A stretch of DNA of 64,000 nt. It comes from Phoronis australis (Eukaryota; Animalia; Phoronida). The notes below the pieces were generated by a model that searched no databases, had not been told where the DNA came from, and saw only the letters and a program-made list of their open reading frames with translations. Made by a program: the position numbers and the translations under genes. This document shows, one piece after another, positions 13,349 through 24,479 of the stretch (its first letter is position 1; each line of letters starts with the position of its first letter). The DNA lies in contig NMRA01000240.1 in the NCBI GenBank assembly GCA_002633005.1, positions 1 to 64,000 on the forward strand, read 5' to 3'.

Positions 13349-16300
13349 GTGGTCACTCTTTCTCTGAACCCAGGGCAACAGAGAAGTCCGACAGCATCCA
13401 GGGCAACTGGGCAGCCTCTTTCGGACAGCACTGCCCACCCTCGCACGAGGGAGGGGGTGAGAAAAGGTACCCCAAACATTGCTTGCCCCATCAAGTCTGG
13501 CCAGCTTACCGCGGCTGGCAGATCATCCACATGTGGTCGATCAACAAAGAACAAAAGAAAACTAACCTTCGGAGCATGGAACGTCAGAACACTGATGGAT
13601 AGAGACACTGCAGCCTGACCAGAACGAAGGACTGCACTTGTAGCTAGAGAACTCCAGCGCTACCGCGTAGACATTGCAGCTCTCAGCGAGACGAGATTCG
13701 CTGATGAAGGGTCGCTAAAAGAGGAGAAGAGAGGCTACAGATTCTTCTGGAAAGGGAAACCAGAGGTTGAAGACAGAATTTATGGAGTAGGATTTGCTAT
13801 CAGGTCCACCATGTTGAAGGACATCCCTACTCTTCCCACTGGTGTCAATGAGCGCCTAATGAAGCTTCGCTTCCCACTGAACAAATCTCGCCACATCACC
13901 ATCATCAACGCCTACGCTCCAACGCTCACTAGTCCCGAAGAAGCCAAGGTACGCTTCTACGAAGACCTTGACCAGATCATTAGGACAACTCCCCCGAACG
14001 ACAAGCTTGTAATCCTCGGAGACTTCAACGCCCGAGTCGGAAATGACAGCAGTAGTTGGGAAGGTGTGTTGGGACGGCGCGGAGTAGGTAAACTCAACAG
14101 CAACGGCCTGCTCCTACTAAGTAAATGCGCTGAGCACAACCTGTTTATCTTCAACACTATGTTCAGACTGGCAACCAAGTACAAGACCACCTGGATGCAT
14201 CCCAGGTCCAAATATTGGCACATGATTGACTTTGTCATCGTTCGCCAGCGGGATATGCAGGATGTCACGGTCACCCGGGTAATAAGGGGCGCTGAATGCT
14301 GGACAGATCACAGGCTAGTGCGATCCCTTTTCAACGTGCACATCGTTCCCCCGCAGCGCAACAGGCAGAAAATCATCAGGGCATCTTTCAACACAGCCAG
14401 GTTAAAGCATCCTCTACACCTTCATTGGTTTCAGGATTCCCTGAACGACACGCTATCAGGCAACACACCACTTGTTGGAACCAGCACTGAGAAATGGGCG
14501 CAGTTCAAGGAGGCCGTGACAGAAACCGCAGAAACGGTACTGGTACCGAATCCCCGGGTGCACCAAGACTGGTTTGATGAAAACGATGAAGCCATTTCTA
14601 CAACCCTTGATGCCAAAAAGAAAGCCTATGTAGAGTGGCAGAATGATCCATCGTCCGTTTCAAAGGACAGATTTAAACAATTACAGAGCAAAGCGCAGCT
14701 AGAACTGAGGGAAATGCAAGATCAGTGGTGGCAGAGAAAGGCTGAAGAAGTTCAACAACATGCTGACTCCCACAACTCTAAGAAGTTCATCAGCGCCCTA
14801 AAATCAGTGTATGGCCCTTCTAGAACAAAATGCTCTCATTTGTTGTCTTCTGACGGATCGAGCCTCATCAAAGACCAGGAAGGACTAAGAGACTGCTGGG
14901 CTGAACACTTCAGCACTCTGCTAAACTGGCCATCCACAGTTGACCCTTCTGCTCTAGAACAGATCCCGCAGCAACCCATGGTTGAAGAACCGGACTTACC
15001 ACCGTCCATAGAGGAGATTGAGAAAGCCATATCCCAAATGAATAGTGACAGAGCCTCAGGAAAGGATGGCATCCCTGCTGAGATCTATAAGGCAGAAGGT
15101 CCAGTCACCATATCAGCCTTCCATGACATCCTGAACAGCATCTGGGAGGAAGAGGACTTCCGCGAAGCCTTGATCGTTGCTCTCTATAAAAACAAGGGAA
15201 GCAAAGCGGACTGTGGAAACTACAAGGGCATCTCATTGCTCTCTATCGCCGGCAAGATCTTCGCTCGCATCATTCTGAACAGACTTGTCACCGTCTAAGA
15301 GCATAATCTACCGGAATCGTAGTGTGGCTTCCGGCCAGGACGCAGTACGGTGGACATGATCTTCGCTCTGAGCCAAGCTCAAGAGAAGTGCATAGAACAG
15401 AACATGGCCCTCTACTCAGTCTTCATAGACCTGACTAAGGACTTCGACACTGTCAATCGAGAGGCACTGTGGACAGTCCTGAGTCGATATGGCTGCCCCC
15501 GAAAGTTTGTTACGATGGTGCGACTCTTCCATGATGGCATGACAGGTCAGGTCCTCGCAGGCGGCGATACTTCAGCCACCTTTGACATCTCAAATGGAGT
15601 GAAGCAGGGGTGTGTGCTCGCGCCTGTTCTGTTCAACCTCTTCTTCACGTGCATGTTGACCCAAGCTGTGCAGGGACTAGAGGAGGGTGTGTACATCAGA
15701 TATCGCCTTGACGGCTCCCTCTTCGATCTAAGGCGCCTTAATGCAAAGACAAAGTGCAAGGAAAAACTAATCCAGGCCGCCCTTTTTGCGGATGATTGTG
15801 CGCTCCTTTCCCACAAAGAGAATGACTTACAACTCATGCTGGACAGCTTCTCGAATGCTTCCAAAGCATTCAGCTTGACCATAAGCCTCGGCAAGACAGA
15901 AGTGCTTCTTCAACCTGCACCCAACACCAATCCCCCGGAGCCAGTCATTACCATCGACAAGCAATTCCTCAATGTGGAGCACTTCAAATACCTGGGGAGC
16001 GTCATCTCAAAAGATGACAGCTTAGACAAAGAGATTGCTTCCAGGATAAGCAAGGCGAGCCAAGCACTCGGAAGACTGAGAACACGGGTGCTCAACGAAC
16101 ACAACATCCGCCTGTCTACTAAACTGAAGGTGTTTTCTTCAGTGGTCCTGACCTCTCTGCTCTATGGCTGCTAGTCATGGACCCTCCACCGCAGGCACAT
16201 CAAGAAGCTTGAGAGCTTCCACATGCGTTCTTTTCGGTCCATCCTAGGAATCCGATGGCAGGACCGAATCACCAACCTTGAGGTCCTAGAACGTGCCCAG

Positions 16301-16727
16301 TCAACCAGCATTGAAGCGATGCTACTCAAGGCCCAATTGCGATGGGTGGGGCACATCATCAGAATGGAGGACTACAGAATGCCTCGCCAGCTTTTGTATG
16401 GCGAGCTGAAGACTGGGAGAAGGATGCAAGGACGCCCTCGCCTTCGCTACAAATACACCGTCAAAGCCAACCTGCAGTGGTGCAACATCAAACCCAAGGA
16501 GCTGAAATCTGTTGCAGGAGAGTGATCAAAGTGGCGAGCCACGATTCGAAAAGCAACTGCCAGTTTTGAGGATGACCGCTGTAAGACACTCGAAGGTGCT
16601 CGAGAGAAACGCCACTCAGCAGCATCCACCACTGTTACCACGACGGAGTTCCAATGCCCCACCTGTGCTCGACTCTGCGCGTCAAGACAGGGGAATGCAG
16701 AGCCATCTTCGTATACATAGACGATGA
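13349..16727 (+). pseudogene. RTE endonuclease-reverse transcriptase ORF with five in-frame stops and a terminal frameshift
   Basis: GAWNVRTL, YAPT, LGDFNARVG, TDHRLV (APE); GVKQGCVLAP, LFADD (RT); C-terminal CPTCARLC...HLRIH; the ORF pieces at 13349, 13811, 15350 and 16223 share one frame. Confidence 0.92.
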
Positions 16728-18941
16728 CACACACAACCTACGTCATCTTCGGACCCGAAGGAGTACCAACACACTGCATACTAACCCATAGTATTTTGCT
16801 ACAGTGCTTTGAGTAGAACCTGTGATTACCATGTTAACTTTCTGGGCATAGTAGTCTATGCATGACGATATCAGCCGGTCAAGGCAATGATACTTCCAAA
16901 GTGACGATTATGATTAACCAATTGTTGCTTGTGCAAGATCAACCACTGCCTTTTGCACTCTCATCAAAGACTCAATGGAATTTGAAGTACCGTCTGAAGC
17001 AAGAAAAGCTTGCTAACCAGTTTTAATAGCACATGCTCCTACAACTGAAGTAACATCTATTGTTTCAGAAATGTGCTTATCTCTGGCTCACTGAACAGAT
17101 TCTCAGTTTTTCGCAAGTTGTAGCGCAGAACACCACACTTGCCATTAGTGGCGTACGTGACTTTGTCTAAGTTGTATTCCTGAATTGCCCTTTTGTGTCT
17201 TCTGGCTGGCAACCCGGGATCAAAATCATCTCTCCCAGAACGCAACTTTAAAGTATAAACATTTCACATTTTCATTTATGTTTTTCAAAAGCAATACGAA
17301 CTGTCAGATACTCATAATTAAACATATGCGTACTCTTAAATTAATAGGTTGTTAGATAATCTTTTAGAAATTGCTCCCTTACACCCATTAACTACTACCT
17401 TGAGTCAAGGGTGTCTAGTGTTGTTCACCTAGGGAGATTGGTCTTTCTCGATTACCACTTCTCAGGTTACTAATTAGCATTTAACTTAGATCTACCCAAT
17501 GTCGGGTTGTCTATCAATCTAAATAAGATAGAAATGGTGGTGACTGGTGGAGCTCAAAAGTTGTGGCTGGGGGTCGACCAGTTCAGAGCCTTCCAATAAC
17601 CTTAAACCAGTACTGAATTTACTTCTCTTGTTTTTGCATACGAGTAACACCATTTCATCCACTTCTGATGTTTCCATTAGATTTGTCTTTGCAGTGACCT
17701 TCCGGATGACAATTGTATGTCAGTCATGAAGGTAGGCCTACCAGCCTCGTCCCAAAGGAAATGAAATGTGACACATTTGTACGGAAATCTCGGGAATACC
17801 ACGAGTAATATCAAGTTATATCAACTCTGAAATTTTCTGCAGTAGAGTATAAGAATGTAAACTAATGGTAGATTGCACTAACTTTGGTCTAAATTATTGG
17901 AAAAATGATATAGTTTTATTACAACGCATAATTTAATTTCTATGTTGATGCTATTAATAAAAAAGAATTAAAAACATATGAGCCAACAACCTGTATTTCA
18001 AACAATAACCAAAACAATGCCTTCCGCTTCATGAATGGCAGCAACAACATCTGTGATGATAATTAAAATCTACCTTTGTTTTAATGACGTCAAGGCAGCG
18101 GCCAATAATTGCGCATACCATGAACAAGCTTAAAATGCCTAAAACCAATGAGCGCCATCTTTAGACCTCCCGACCCCCCCCTTTGGCTCGCCTCATGACA
18201 ATTGCACTTCAAATGCTAGATGAGTTCCTGACTACCGGAACTCACTATTGGTATTAATCTGCAGGATTAATTGATGTTCTTAAAATTATTTTCTCATTAA
18301 AATGAAAAATAGGCTGGTAATCGAAGCTAAATATTATTTGACCATAAAATCTGCTTTTGGTTTTAATAATTCTTACATCTATTTCATTTGTGTTTTGGGG
18401 TTTCAAATTTCAATGTGGACCAAGCTGAATTTTAAAATTAAAATACACAGTTCGTTCGTCCAAAGAAAACCTGACAAAATAACCCATCTCTTTTTAGAAC
18501 TTTAATTTACTGAGCAGGCAAAATCCTGACCTTTTTAGAAAGTAATGCATCTTGTTACAACTCGTAGTGTCGGAAGATTCACGGTCTTTGCTATGATGAT
18601 TGGGAACCGAGATGCGACAAACTGTGTTCGATCAAACTTTCGAAAGCATTTCTCAGTGTTCACCAGAAATACTTTCATTCTTCGCAGCGTATGGCAACGA
18701 CCTAACGCCCGCCTCCGAATCTCACCGTCTTTATGGATTGTAAAAAAGTCAGCTGGTCGCTCTTATTTTTGCCATCGCCGCTGGAGCAACGCAGAACACA
18801 ACGATGCCGATTAGCTATGGAGCTACAGTAGTGAGCCTCGTTTTGGAGCACGTTTCTTGTCCGCGTGCCTTCGTGGTATAGCAGATCCTGAATCACTCGC
18901 TTGGGTGGCACCACCAGCTCCGCACATCCTCACTTGTGAGA

Positions 18942-19275
18942 ATGGCCTCTTTAGCAGACCACGAGTTACTGAATAAGTTGAACGTATTCGATATTCCTAG
19001 GTTAAAAACACCTCTTCGTGATAGTGGCATGACGTTCAGTGCACACTACAAGTAAGGATTAGTCGAGCTGAGTTTTTATGCCATCCGTCTCGGCCTTGGC
19101 GTGCTACCCATGGAGGAAATGGAGGACAAGCAGAAAGTAGTCTGGTAGATTGAAAGGTTACGATTGGGTCCCTTCTTAAAGTTGCCACAGCCTCCGTCAT
19201 AAGACCAATGGGACCTTACCCCAACTCGTATACCTACCATTATAGAGTAGAACAATGAACGATATTTTGCAACAT
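18942..19275 (+). pseudogene. Probable first exon (SAP-like N-terminus) of the SWIM/YqaJ gene of ISL2EU copy B
   Basis: MASLADHELLNKLNVFDIPRLKTPLRDSGMTFSAHYK*GLVELSFYAIRLGL...LPQP...W...IPTI...DIL, followed by donor gtaagt at 19276. Confidence 0.5.
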
Positions 19276-19295
19276 GTAAGTGATGTGTACTTAAC

Positions 19296-22200
19296 AAAGG
19301 TTCATGTGGTGTCAATGACTGCCATCAAACCAACGTTAAAATATCCCTCTAAGGGATTTACCATTGTCCTAGCCTTTGAAGAGTCCGTTTGGCAGGTTCT
19401 CCGGGGGATGGATTTTCGTCCCTGGTGTGGCTTTGCTGGGCGTGTGCTTTTTAGAGCTAGGGGTAAAAGCAGTAAGGGGGCCAAAGCTTCTTTCCAGGCC
19501 TCAGAAGGGATGTCAACCTCGGACATGGAAGCTGACTGTGTGCCCACCACAAAGTCAGCAGAAATGGACGTGGGTGATGAAACGACTGAGGTAGGGAATG
19601 TTGCTGAGGCTTCTGAACCTGTACCATCCAATGACAGATCTTCTCTGGCTCCTTCCCCACTCACGAGTGATGTGGAGTCTGGATAGACAGTCACTGGTAT
19701 ATTCTTAACATGATGAAATGAATCATGAGGTTAAAATCTGGCAGATAAATCTGCACCGGGCCAACAACCCATCAGTGCTTCTGCAGCAGACGCTTGAGCG
19801 CAATACCCTATTCATGGCCTTCATACAAGAGCCGTGCTGTCGGGGAAGTGCAATGATGAACACTCCTAGGAATGCCAAATCTTATATTGCTTCACTGGGT
19901 AACAACATCAAGCCCAGGGCTGCGATTCTGGTATCCAAGGACATAACCTCAAGAATCCTTCCTGAGTTTTGTGACAGGGACACTGTGGCAGTGTCCTGTG
20001 ATACACTAAGACCAAATGGTCTAATATGCACAGTATGGTGGGTCTCAGCCTATATGCCAGGGGACTCCGCCGAGAACCCGCCCCCACCTAAACTGCAACA
20101 AATCACCAATCACTGCAGAGCCAAGAATATCCCTTTGGTTATCTGTTGTGATGCCAATTCACATCACGAGGTGTGGCACAGCACTGACACCAACCCAAGA
20201 GGTGAGGCACTTCTAGAGTTTATTGTCAGCTCACAACTTTTAATATGCAACAAGGGCCATGAGTCCACATTTGTTGTCAGAAACCGGCAGGAGGTTATAG
20301 ACCTTACTCTGGTTAATTTGCCTGCTGTTGATGTGGTAACTAATTGGAGAGTGGATTCTGCACCTTCTTTATCTGACCACAGATACATCAGGTTTGAAGT
20401 GGCGACTTTCGTTGTTCCACTATTTACTGAGTATAGGAACACCAATAAGGTGAACTGGGAACTCTATCGTTCAAAGGTTTCCAAACTTCTTTCTACTCTA
20501 GAAACAACAAATATCAGGACTCGTTCTGATGTTAACAAATTGGCAGATGACATTAAGAATGCCCTGACCAAGTCACTAGATATTTCCTGCCCCAAACGCT
20601 GTATTAAGGTCACTGGGAAACCAAAACAACAGATTTGGTGGACCAAAGAACTGGCAGCACTTCGGGGTAAGGCACGTAAAGCTCACAGAGCGGCAATTCG
20701 GACTGACACTGACGAGTGCTGGGATGCATATCATCTTGCCTATCGTATGTTTAAGTCTGCCACACGCAAAGCAAAGCGCAATTCATTGAGGAATTTCTGT
20801 CAGCAAACGAACAGCCTCTCTGCATCTGCAAGGCTGATGCAATTGCTGAAGAAGAACCACTCCTCCAGACTCGAGGTCATTCAAAGAGAGGATGGCTCAT
20901 ACACACGCTCCGCCGAGGAAACACTCGAAGTCATGATGGGTAAGCACTATCCTGATAGTGTAAACCTGTCGAACCAATATTCAAAAGTGATGGACTCAGA
21001 GGAGTGTGAACCATTAGCTTATGCTGATGTTGAAAACGTAGCCACACCACATCTCGTGGAGTTAGCTCTAAAGTCTTTTAAACCATGGAAGTCCCCAGGA
21101 CTAGACATGATATACCCTATAATGTTGCAAGAAGCTGGGATACCACTATTCCATATACTCACAGCAACTTACAAAGCCAGTCTTAGACTAGGTTATATCC
21201 CTAAGACTTGGACTGAAGCTAGGGTAGTCTTCATTCCTAAACCAGGGAAGAACTCATACCTTTTGGCTGAATCATTTAGGCCTATAACCTTAACATCCTT
21301 TCTTCTCAAAGGACTGGAAAGGCTCGTTCTGTGGCATCTTGATAAACAAGGAATACAGAACAAACTTCAGAACAATCAGTATGCTTATAGGCCTGGCTTC
21401 TCTACGGAGACCGCTCTACATCATCTGGTTGCTAGACTGGAAAGGGCTGTTTTTAATAAACAATTTGCCCTCTGTGCCTTCATTGATCTTGTTGGTGCTT
21501 TCAGCAATATTAAGCATGATGCGATTCGAATTGCACTGAACCACTTTAAAGTGAATAGGTGTCTTACCAGGTGGATCATTAACATGCTTGGAAGTCAATC
21601 TGTGACTGCTTGTCTAGACAATGTGAGTGTGGCGGTTCGCATCACCAGAGGAACACCTCAGGGTGGCACTGCCTCACCAACCCTCTTTAACATGGTTATG
21701 GATGGTTTGCTTCAACAATTATCTACTGACATGGGTCCAAGCTTGTATGTTCAAGCCTATGCAGATGATATTGTTCTCAGTGTGTCTAGCATCGATCCTG
21801 ACACATGTCGCTATCTTGCTCAAAGAGCACTGAATACAACAGCCACATGGGCTAAGTCAGTCGGCTTAGAAATTAGTGGTAGCAAAACAAAGGTGATTAT
21901 GTTCACTTGGAAGCTTAAATGGTCAATGCGGCCTTTAACGCTGAATGGTAAACATCTTGATCTTGTAGACAAGGCGACTTACTTAGGTGTCATTTTACAC
22001 CATCGTCTTTCCTGGACCCCGCATATTACAGAAAAAATCTCAAAAGCCAAATCTGCATTGGTGAGATGCAGTCGTGCGGTGGGTAAAACTTGGGGAATGT
22101 CTCCCAAGAATATGTTCTGGATTTATACTGCTGTTATCCGACCTATAATGTCCTATGCTTCGTCGATATGGGTAACGGCATTAAAACAGATTACAATTAT

Positions 22201-23544
22201 CAACAAACTTAGGCAGCTGCAACGTCTAGCTTGTTTGTGCATAACCTCTGCTTTTCCAGGAACGCCTTCTGCAGCCCTAGAAATGCTAATCGGTCTACCA
22301 CCACTGAACATATACCTTGAGGGTGAAGCTGCATCTGCTGCACTTCGTCTCAAATATAATGGTCAGTGGGTGAAAACTAACATCCCTGACTCCGTTGCAC
22401 ACAGAAGCCACAGGAATGTTTGCAATAAGCTAATGGCCAAGACTGGGCAACTATGGAACATGCCTAGTGATGTCCAGGTCACAACTTTAAATCATACAAA
22501 CAATTTCTTCACGGAAATTGGCGATGGATGGCCTACCGCAGAACACAAGAATGAGGTGGTTTGTTATACGGACGGCTCTAAACTGGAAAATGGCCAGACA
22601 GGTGCTGGGGTCTACTTTCCAAGCCTTCCTGTTGCAGATGCAGAAAACTGGGTATCGTTGGGCAATCTTGCCACGGTGTTTCAGGCTGAGATCACTGCAA
22701 TTAATAGAGCTGCTCAATTGGCACAACAATATAACACTGAACTTGGCAATCGGCCAATTATCATCTTTTCAGATAGCCAGGCAGCAATAAAAGCCCTAAA
22801 GAAACTAAGGGTCAACTCTCGTTGTGTTAATGCTTGTATTAATGAGCTTAACAAGCTTGCAATTGAAAGAACCGTCAATATACGCTGGGTCAGGGCCCAT
22901 GTGGGAATTGATGGCAATGAGAATGCAGACAGACTCGCAAAGATAGGAGCAAGCGTTCTGCATTTTGTGCCTGAACCTGCTATCCCGGTATCTTACGGAT
23001 GTTGCAGGATGAGTATACGCAACTGGGTACATACCCAGTCAGCAGCCCAGTGGGCATCACTTAACTCCTGCAGAGAAACCAAGGAGAATTTTCCCAACGT
23101 GATCGAACCAAAAGGTTCAAAAAGCCTTCTGAGTCTAGATAGATTGGGTATAAGACACGTCATTCAAATTTTGACGGGCCACTGCAACCTAGCCCGACAC
23201 AGACACATTACTGGGCATATGAGGAGCCCTGTGTGTCCCGAGTGTGGTACTGACGTAGAATCTCCTAAACACCTGGTAGAGTCTTGCCCAGCTTTTTATA
23301 GGCTAAGGAGCAACCTACTGGATGGCATTGTTACATGCCTACAACATATAGTGCATGGCAACAAATGGAAACGTCTGTCCGTTTTCCTAAAGGAGACTGG
23401 CAGACTTGAAAACTTTCTTCACGAGGAGCCATAATTGGGGTCTCGTGCCTTTGCTCAGGTGTTTTGTGCAATGGGCCCAACCATGAGGCCTGCGCACGTC
23501 TGATGCACCGCAAATGACATCAGACCACCTGCACTGTTTTTTTT
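19296..23544 (+). mobile_element. LOA/R1-group non-LTR retrotransposon, 5'-truncated in ORF1, ORF2 intact
   Basis: Perfect 13-bp TSD atgtgtacttaac at 19283-19295 and 23545-23557; ORF1 remnant to 19686; structured 3' UTR; T8 tail. Confidence 0.92.
19718..23434 (+). CDS. ORF2 polyprotein: APE endonuclease, reverse transcriptase, RNase H, C-terminal CCHC
   Basis: Uninterrupted 1238 aa: QINLH, IQEP, DANSHH, SDH; GTPQGG, QAYADD; YTDGS, VFQAEI, SDSQAA, WVRAHVGIDGNENAD; CPEC...H...C. Confidence 0.95.
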   Translation: MNHEVKIWQINLHRANNPSVLLQQTLERNTLFMAFIQEPCCRGSAMMNTPRNAKSYIASLGNNIKPRAAILVSKDITSRILPEFCDRDTVAVSCDTLRPNGLICTVWWVSAYMPGDSAENPPPPKLQQITNHCRAKNIPLVICCDANSHHEVWHSTDTNPRGEALLEFIVSSQLLICNKGHESTFVVRNRQEVIDLTLVNLPAVDVVTNWRVDSAPSLSDHRYIRFEVATFVVPLFTEYRNTNKVNWELYRSKVSKLLSTLETTNIRTRSDVNKLADDIKNALTKSLDISCPKRCIKVTGKPKQQIWWTKELAALRGKARKAHRAAIRTDTDECWDAYHLAYRMFKSATRKAKRNSLRNFCQQTNSLSASARLMQLLKKNHSSRLEVIQREDGSYTRSAEETLEVMMGKHYPDSVNLSNQYSKVMDSEECEPLAYADVENVATPHLVELALKSFKPWKSPGLDMIYPIMLQEAGIPLFHILTATYKASLRLGYIPKTWTEARVVFIPKPGKNSYLLAESFRPITLTSFLLKGLERLVLWHLDKQGIQNKLQNNQYAYRPGFSTETALHHLVARLERAVFNKQFALCAFIDLVGAFSNIKHDAIRIALNHFKVNRCLTRWIINMLGSQSVTACLDNVSVAVRITRGTPQGGTASPTLFNMVMDGLLQQLSTDMGPSLYVQAYADDIVLSVSSIDPDTCRYLAQRALNTTATWAKSVGLEISGSKTKVIMFTWKLKWSMRPLTLNGKHLDLVDKATYLGVILHHRLSWTPHITEKISKAKSALVRCSRAVGKTWGMSPKNMFWIYTAVIRPIMSYASSIWVTALKQITIINKLRQLQRLACLCITSAFPGTPSAALEMLIGLPPLNIYLEGEAASAALRLKYNGQWVKTNIPDSVAHRSHRNVCNKLMAKTGQLWNMPSDVQVTTLNHTNNFFTEIGDGWPTAEHKNEVVCYTDGSKLENGQTGAGVYFPSLPVADAENWVSLGNLATVFQAEITAINRAAQLAQQYNTELGNRPIIIFSDSQAAIKALKKLRVNSRCVNACINELNKLAIERTVNIRWVRAHVGIDGNENADRLAKIGASVLHFVPEPAIPVSYGCCRMSIRNWVHTQSAAQWASLNSCRETKENFPNVIEPKGSKSLLSLDRLGIRHVIQILTGHCNLARHRHITGHMRSPVCPECGTDVESPKHLVESCPAFYRLRSNLLDGIVTCLQHIVHGNKWKRLSVFLKETGRLENFLHEEP

Positions 23545-24479
23545 ATGTGTACTTAACGTTTTTGTGGACTGAATTACAATAATGAAAAAGTAAACTGATT
23601 TTATTACAATAAGATATCAAAAATGCATTGCTTAATGCAAGCAAGTAGAAGAGCGCTAAGAAATAATTCCATAATTAAATCAAAATTTGCATCAAAAAAA
23701 ACAAAGAGATATCTTAGAAACCTAATAAACTTAAGATTTAATATAGGGTAATTGTGAATGATGAGAAACTATAAAAATGTAAAATTTATTTTATTACCAG
23801 TAGCGTTTTAAATTATGGAATGCTTTTCAACAATATCAGTAGGTCCTATGATGTTTTTTAAATAGGTCTATATCTATTATTGTTACGAGAAACTACTTGG
23901 CAAACTTGTGAGAGTTTCATGATTTTCATAAACAATCAAAATTTGCAGACAGAGTTTCAAGGTTTCTTATTGGATATTTAACTTCGAAAGACATGGCGTG
24001 ATAACGTTGTCTTCAACTGAATGTTATTTTGAATGTTTATTATGAAATAGTCAGTAAAATAAATATACAAACCCAGAAAGCGCAAACAGGCATTGTATCT
24101 GGGCTAAACAAATACAAACAAATCTATATATAATTATACCAAGATTCATACATAAATAGATGTTAAGATTACAATTACTTGCTATTACGAATGTAAATAA
24201 ACCATTTTTACACGAACACCTTTCCATCAACTCATACAAAGAGAGTTGATATAAAAATAAATTTCGAATAAAACCTTATTTTCATTTAATTCGAGTTATT
24301 TACATCCATTTAGAAAAAAAATGCTTTACATTTGACTGAGATTTGAATAGTCTTTTTGTAAACATTGGGGGTATTGTTCGAGCTTTGGGAAAAGCTGTGC
24401 TCTCTGCTCCCCGCATACTGCACAAGCAAAGAAAATACGAGCATTTGTCTAAGTGTCTCCACATGATTACTTGATCTGT

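Larger units (their letters stand above)
12737..16774 (+). mobile_element. Full-length RTE-clade (BovB/AviRTE-like) non-LTR retrotransposon, inactivated
   Basis: Candidate TSD tgcata at 12731-12736 and 16775-16780; structured 5' UTR; single APE-RT frame; short ca-rich tail. Confidence 0.92.
12200..17760 (-). pseudogene. YqaJ (lambda-exonuclease-like) accessory gene relic of ISL2EU copy A, split by an RTE insertion
   Basis: SPDRIIPCRCCGTGIKCPWKY and HYAQV*VHIYCTDSKWCDFVVYT motifs. Segments 12500-12736 plus 16775-17760 align by eye in reverse to about 29040-30300. Confidence 0.75.

Noticed and set aside
18770-19250. GC-richer structured region as LINE 5' UTR with an HDV-like ribozyme (gtggcat/gtgctac, gcca/tggc stems)
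   Set aside because: It lies outside the TSD, lacks the P1.1 GG and a matching J4/2-P2, and is better explained as a decayed exon of the YqaJ gene
19255-19686. 143-aa ORF as a complete ORF1 of the LOA-like element
   Set aside because: Its first codons lie outside or within the left TSD (19283-19295); it is a fusion of flank and 5'-truncated ORF1
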